Source: a virus. From it: 64,000 nucleotides of DNA. The number at the start of each line of letters is the position of its first letter. The first letter of the stretch is position 1. Positions 60,295 to 64,000 of the stretch are shown one piece after another. Position numbers and translations under genes: made by a program. The DNA lies in IMG/VR virus record IMGVR_UViG_3300019132_000012, positions 1 through 64,000 of that record, one strand, 5' to 3'. Under the pieces are notes generated by a model. The model made no database searches. It worked only from the letters and a program-made list of their open reading frames with translations, and was not told the origin of the DNA.

Positions 60295-60790
60295 CAAAAG
60301 ATCATCGGATGATGTAACAGGGAGTGGTCCGCTGGAGAGCGTCGATCAACCGTCTGCCATCTCCGACCAGCGCCTGCAGGGGCTTTCCTCCTTTCACCCT
60401 GCAGGCGCCCCATTACTTGCGGCCCATGGTTCTGGGCGAAGCGCATAACCGCGCCTAGCCTCCCCAGGTGTCCGTCTTCGCGGTGCCCGCCGACTGTCAC
60501 CTAACGACATAGGGGTGGCGGGTTAAATGAGGCCATGCGTCAAGCCGCGAGCCACAATGAGACCGATGGCGACGTGAGAACCATCTACGATCTCCGTAGA
60601 CGCGGAGGGTCTCCTCATCTGTGCCCCGACCTCGTCCTCTGTCCTTACATGCACGCTGCCGTGCCTTGGACATGCCGCTCGGGCCTCCGTTCCTCCGGTC
60701 GGCAGTTGCCGGAAGGGATCGCGGGAGGGCGCTGGAGCCGACCAGCAGGGGAGGGGCTTGCAATCCCATCGGCACCAATTCATCAAGGAG
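60295..60790 (+). ncRNA. Roughly 500-nt GC-rich gene-free stretch with extended hairpins; candidate structured RNA or decayed gene
   Basis: No ORF with a normal start or composition in any frame. Perfect 12-bp hairpin gcgcctgcaggg-N15-ccctgcaggcgc (60371-60409). Others include atcatc-gg-gatgat, ctacg-atctc-cgtag and gatgg-N12-ccatc. Confidence 0.3.
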
Positions 60791-60795
60791 ACGTC

Positions 60796-61098
60796 ATGCA
60801 GCCGGTCGCCATCGCCCAGGATCGCTCGATCTCCGTGCCGCCTGGGCACATCGTCAAGACCGGCTACGTCCACGTCGACCAGGTCAAGATGGCCTGCCGC
60901 GAGCGCATGGCCATCGGCGACGTCAACACCGCCTACCAGAAGCGCCTGCAACTCGGCGAGAACCAGTCCTGGCCGCCGCCGCGTGGCCACTGGGAGGGCG
61001 AACGCTTCGTCGTCGAGGACGGCCGTCACGAGTATCTGGCGACCCTCATGTTGGGCCATCAGTACCTCTTCGTCGCCTGGCTTGAACTGGCCGCCTGA
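60796..61098 (+). CDS. ParB/sulfiredoxin-like nuclease-domain protein (100 aa)
   Basis: GERFVVEDGRHEYLATLMLG resembles the ParB-N DGxHR motif. AAGGAG lies 6 nt upstream. Confidence 0.45.
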   Translation: MQPVAIAQDRSISVPPGHIVKTGYVHVDQVKMACRERMAIGDVNTAYQKRLQLGENQSWPPPRGHWEGERFVVEDGRHEYLATLMLGHQYLFVAWLELAA

Positions 61099-61101
61099 CG
61101 T

Positions 61102-61130
61102 TTGCATTTGAGCGAACATTCTGCTATGCC
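61102..61130 (+). promoter_or_regulatory. Candidate promoter TTGCAT-N17-TATGCC
   Basis: gtTTGCATttgagcgaacattctgcTATGCCgtttgcag. Confidence 0.45.
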
Positions 61131-61157
61131 GTTTGCAGAAAATCAAACGGAGCAATC

Positions 61158-61472
61158 ATGCAGACGATCACCGACAAGTCGGATCCGAACCAGTTCAATT
61201 CCGGCATCACGGTCCTCAAGTTCGGGGCCGAATGGTGCCAGCCCTGCAAACAGATGCAGCCCATAATGGAGCAGCTCGAAGCCGAGCATCCCGACATCGC
61301 CTTCGCCAAGGCCGACATCGAAGAGGCGCCGCTCGCGGCTGGCTTCTACAACGTTCGCTCAGTCCCGACCGTGCTCGTCCTCAAGGACGGCAGCATCCAC
61401 GGCCTCGCGGTCGGCTTCAAGTCGAAGTCGGCCTTGTCCGCGATGATCCAGGCTGTCAGGGGAGCCCGATGA
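61158..61472 (+). CDS. trxA: Thioredoxin (active site WCQPC)
   Basis: VLKFGAEWCQPCKQMQPIMEQL...VRSVPTVLVLKDG. Confidence 0.85.
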   Translation: MQTITDKSDPNQFNSGITVLKFGAEWCQPCKQMQPIMEQLEAEHPDIAFAKADIEEAPLAAGFYNVRSVPTVLVLKDGSIHGLAVGFKSKSALSAMIQAVRGAR

Positions 61473-61600
61473 TGTCACAGGAATCCGCCTGGTTTGTTTT
61501 GATCGGGTGTCTCGCCATCGCCGCCGTCATGTCGCTCGTCGCCTTCGACGAATGGAAGGAAGACGGCTTTGCCCTCTCCGAGAGGAGAGGGCGGCATTGA
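61469..61600 (+). CDS. Small membrane protein (43 aa)
   Basis: MMSQESAWFVLIGCLAIAAVMSLVAFDEWKEDGFALSERRGRH; ATGA coupling. Confidence 0.45.
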   Translation: MMSQESAWFVLIGCLAIAAVMSLVAFDEWKEDGFALSERRGRH

Positions 61601-61794
61601 CGAAGAGCTTTTACTACACCGGCCAGTCTCCCGAGGAGTGGCCGCTGTGGCTTCGTTTCACGAATTACGGGTGGGGTCGCGAGGACAAGCGCCTCGTGAT
61701 CCCGCAGCTCGAAACAACCCACATCGTTTTCCCAGGCGATTGGATCGACCGGCGTCCCGATGGACTCCTCACGATCCGCAAGGAGGAGCAATGA
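61597..61794 (+). CDS. Hypothetical protein (65 aa, TTG start)
   Basis: TTGA coupling after AGGAGAGG; (L)TKSFYYTGQSPEEWPLWLRFTNYGWGRED.... Confidence 0.45.
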   Translation: MTKSFYYTGQSPEEWPLWLRFTNYGWGREDKRLVIPQLETTHIVFPGDWIDRRPDGLLTIRKEEQ

Positions 61795-61988
61795 GCGTCG
61801 AAACGATCCTCAAGGACAAGATATCCTACAAAGTTTTCGTGATTCCGAGCGAGGCGTTCGAGCGTCTGTTCCGAGAGGCTCATCTCTACGGATATGCCGA
61901 GGGTGTCGTCGACACGATCTCCATCGAGCGGCCCAAGAGCTGCCGCATCACCGATAATCCCCGGTCCTCTGAAGACATCCACGACTGA
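61791..61988 (+). CDS. Hypothetical protein (65 aa)
   Basis: MSVETILKDKISYKVFVIPSEAFERL...; ATGA coupling after AGGAGGAG. Confidence 0.5.
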   Translation: MSVETILKDKISYKVFVIPSEAFERLFREAHLYGYAEGVVDTISIERPKSCRITDNPRSSEDIHD

Positions 61989-62242
61989 TGGAGCTGGAAG
62001 AAGAACACGAGGGCTTCGACTACACCATCGATCTCGACACGCAAACCGTCCTTTTCCGGGACGGTTTTTCTGTACCGATCATCGAGATGTTCGACGAGTT
62101 CGGTGAGACAACCTTGGATCCGGCAGAATGCGCCACCGTGTTCTTCCGCCTGCCTGGCGGGGACGCGAAGGGCATCACGTTCTACCTCAAGGAATTCCTC
62201 GACGACCTCGAAGCCGGTGTCTTCGACGAGCCCGAACACTAG
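61988..62242 (+). CDS. Hypothetical acidic protein (84 aa)
   Basis: ORF; coupled. Confidence 0.55.
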   Translation: MELEEEHEGFDYTIDLDTQTVLFRDGFSVPIIEMFDEFGETTLDPAECATVFFRLPGGDAKGITFYLKEFLDDLEAGVFDEPEH

Positions 62243-62250
62243 GTCCGCCC

Positions 62251-62592
62251 ATGCTGATGAGCGTCGACGAGTGCTTCAAATGCTGGATGCCAGCCATCAT
62301 TCAGTCCCTGGGGAGTGCGATCAAGGCCCGCGAGGCCTGTGACCGCATGAGGCCGATCATCGAGCGGGCGAAAACCGCCGAGAGGGAAGGCCGTATCTCC
62401 GACATGCAGCCGCTGATGGCGATGTGCAATCCCACCGAGGATTGTAGGCGCGGCATCTGGCGGCTCGAAATCCGCTACACCCCCGTCGTCGACGGGAGGA
62501 AGGGCGAGCCCACGTCCTTCATCAAAACCATCTTAGGAAATCCCGATGACAGACCTGCCCCCGCGCAAGCGCGGGCGGCCGTCGAAGGCTGA
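62251..62592 (+). CDS. Hypothetical protein (113 aa)
   Basis: Internal start MLMSVDECFKCW; overlaps terS by 47 nt. Confidence 0.5.
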   Translation: MLMSVDECFKCWMPAIIQSLGSAIKAREACDRMRPIIERAKTAEREGRISDMQPLMAMCNPTEDCRRGIWRLEIRYTPVVDGRKGEPTSFIKTILGNPDDRPAPAQARAAVEG

Positions 62593-63094
62593 CATCGCTG
62601 CGCGGGAAGCTGCCGCAGCGAACCCGCCCGAGCCGTCCGCCGAAGACCAGATTCTCGACGAGATGCTGGCCCGCCCACATCAGGGCCGCAAAGCCATCCT
62701 GACCGACGACGAGGAGACCCGCCGCGTCATTCACGAACTCGCCAAGATCGGTGCGACCCAGAAGGAGATCGCCGCCGTCCTGGGCGTCTCGGACCGTACT
62801 CTGCAGAACTTCCTCTACGACAATCCGACCGCTTACGAGGCCTGGGAGGATGGTCAGCAGAAGATGAAGATCTCCCTTCGCCGCAAGCAGCTCTCGCTCG
62901 CCGACAAGAACGCCCCGATGGCGATCTTCCTCGGCAAGAACCTGCTCGGCCAGAAGGACGAACACCACACCAACATGACCGTCAACAAACCCGCCGAGGA
63001 AATGTCCGAGCAGGAGCTGCTCGACATCGCCGCTCGCGGGGCCAAGGCCAAGAAGGCCGAGGCAAGGGACGAACCGAAAAAGCAGGTTCACTGA
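62546..63094 (+). CDS. terS: Terminase small subunit
   Basis: N-terminal RKRGRPSKADI and HTH ELAKIGATQKEIAAVLGVSDRTLQNFL; lies immediately upstream of the large subunit. Confidence 0.7.
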   Translation: MTDLPPRKRGRPSKADIAAREAAAANPPEPSAEDQILDEMLARPHQGRKAILTDDEETRRVIHELAKIGATQKEIAAVLGVSDRTLQNFLYDNPTAYEAWEDGQQKMKISLRRKQLSLADKNAPMAIFLGKNLLGQKDEHHTNMTVNKPAEEMSEQELLDIAARGAKAKKAEARDEPKKQVH

Positions 63095-63117
63095 CGGTCC
63101 AACCTCAGTGAGCCCTT

Positions 63118-64000
63118 ATGGATTACCAGACGATTGTCTCCCCCGAGGAGGCAGCGAACGAGATTCTGCGCCGTCGCGCAGCTCGTGAGGGACTCATTCC
63201 CTTCACCGAGTACACGAAGCCCGGTTACAACGCCGACCCGTTTCATCACCTGGTCGCGAGCAAGCTCGAAGCCGTTGAAAGAGGCGAGATCCGTCGCCTC
63301 ATGATCTTCGCGCCGCCGCGACACGGCAAGTCGGAGCTGTCGACCCGTCGCTTCCCGGCCTGGTTCCTGGGCCGGAATCCGCACAAGAACATCATCTCGG
63401 CCTCGTATAACGCCGATTTCGCCAAGACCTTCGGCCGCGAGGTCCGCAACATCGTCAACGGGCCGGAATTCGGCCGCATCTTCCCGGATGTCGGCATCCG
63501 CTCCGACAACCGCGCTGCGGATGAGTGGGAGCTGACGGCGGGCGGTAAATACTTCGCGGTGGGTGTCGGCACCGGCACCACGGGTAAGGGTGCTCACGGC
63601 TTCCTGATCGACGATCCGATCAAGGACCGCAAGGAAGCCGACTCGCAGACCGTGCGCGAGGACCAGTGGAACTGGTACCGCGACGTCGTCTACACCCGTC
63701 TCGAAGAGGATGGCTTCATCATCCTCACGCTGACGCGGTGGCACTACGACGACATCGCCGGTCGCCTGATCGAACTCATGAACGACGGCAAGGGCGAACC
63801 GTGGGAAATCCTCACGCTGCCCGCTCTGCCCATCGTCAAGAAGACGGCGTCGGGCGAACTCATTCTCAACGAGGACGGCACGGTTCCCGGAGATCCGCTC
63901 GGTCGCAAGCCGAACGAGCCGCTGGCGCCCCGGCGCTTTTCGTACAACGCGCTGGTCGACCGCCAGGAAGTTCTGGGCGACCGTTCCTGGGCGGCGCTGT
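63118..64000 (+). CDS. terL: Terminase large subunit (N-terminal ATPase domain; truncated by the window end)
   Basis: My translation gives MDYQTIVSPEE...LMIFAPPRHGKSELSTRRFPAWFLG (Walker A)...GAHGFLIDDPIKDRKEADS (Walker B)...LTLTRWHYDD. Open to the end of the window, so absent from the ORF track. Confidence 0.85.
   Translation, partial: MDYQTIVSPEEAANEILRRRAAREGLIPFTEYTKPGYNADPFHHLVASKLEAVERGEIRRLMIFAPPRHGKSELSTRRFPAWFLGRNPHKNIISASYNADFAKTFGREVRNIVNGPEFGRIFPDVGIRSDNRAADEWELTAGGKYFAVGVGTGTTGKGAHGFLIDDPIKDRKEADSQTVREDQWNWYRDVVYTRLEEDGFIILTLTRWHYDDIAGRLIELMNDGKGEPWEILTLPALPIVKKTASGELILNEDGTVPGDPLGRKPNEPLAPRRFSYNALVDRQEVLGDRSWAAL

Noticed and set aside
60480-60560. Cobalamin riboswitch (GGTGCCCGCCGACTGTCACC resembles the CCCGCnACTGT core)
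   Set aside because: I could not find a convincing B12 box or the GCCACTG/GGGAAGGC elements in the right order, and the downstream genes are not cobalamin-related. An Rfam scan would settle it.
60294-61155. Track ORFs 60294..60500(-), 60497..60778(-), 60523..61155(-), and the N-terminal 87 aa of 60535..61098(+)
   Set aside because: The composition is junk-like (Arg/Pro/Cys/Gly-rich) with no RBS. Only the C-terminal 100 aa of the plus-strand ORF, starting at the AAGGAG-ATG at 60796, looks genuine.
1-64000. Additional complete tRNA, tmRNA or rRNA genes, and transposases/IS elements
   Set aside because: Scanning by eye for T-loop (GGTTCGAAT-like) and cloverleaf patterns gave only the partial tRNA-Pro at the left edge. 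No transposase-like ORFs or terminal inverted repeats were recognised. A tRNAscan-SE/ISfinder run would be more reliable.

Overview
GC-rich window (about 60%+ by eye, not computed) that reads as the left and early part of a temperate tailed-phage genome, probably an integrated prophage of an alphaproteobacterium-like host. It starts at a truncated tRNA-Pro(UGG) fragment next to a tyrosine integrase and an excisionase-like gene.

A roughly 54 kb block of tightly packed, often translationally coupled minus-strand genes follows:
- Nucleotide metabolism: ThyA carrying a large in-frame insertion, DHFR, MazG, class II RNR.
- HNH and GIY-YIG nucleases.
- A NinB / annealing-protein / YqaJ-exonuclease recombination module.
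- Two DEDD exonucleases, SSB, a split zinc-finger plus TOPRIM-helicase primase, and an HTH replication initiator with internal iterons (putative ori).
- An immunity region (23.7-27.6 kb) with RuvC, a CI-like repressor whose S24-like domain lacks the catalytic Ser/Lys, a stand-alone paralogue of that domain, a SpoT-like HD hydrolase and Cro-like HTH genes.
- Many small genes of unknown function, plus a GHKL/RIIA-like ATPase, an M20/M28-like peptidase, a PRTase-like protein, a flavin reductase, an 8-repeat SH3/Tudor-like protein, an L7/L12-CTD mimic and a ProQ/FinO-like protein.

From 54.4 to 57.3 kb lies an unusually large, mostly non-coding control region with only two genes. A plus-strand operon then runs into the small and large terminase genes; the large subunit is cut by the window end.

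The most striking non-genic signal is a partly palindromic motif family (core ATGCAAAT/ATTTGCAT; long form TTGCnyGAATkCAAA / GCTTGAATTCAAGC). It recurs about 30 times, almost only in intergenic gaps, usually with a fixed orientation relative to the downstream gene. No rRNA, CRISPR array, transposase or complete tRNA was seen. Everything here is by-eye motif and ORF reading; no database search was possible.
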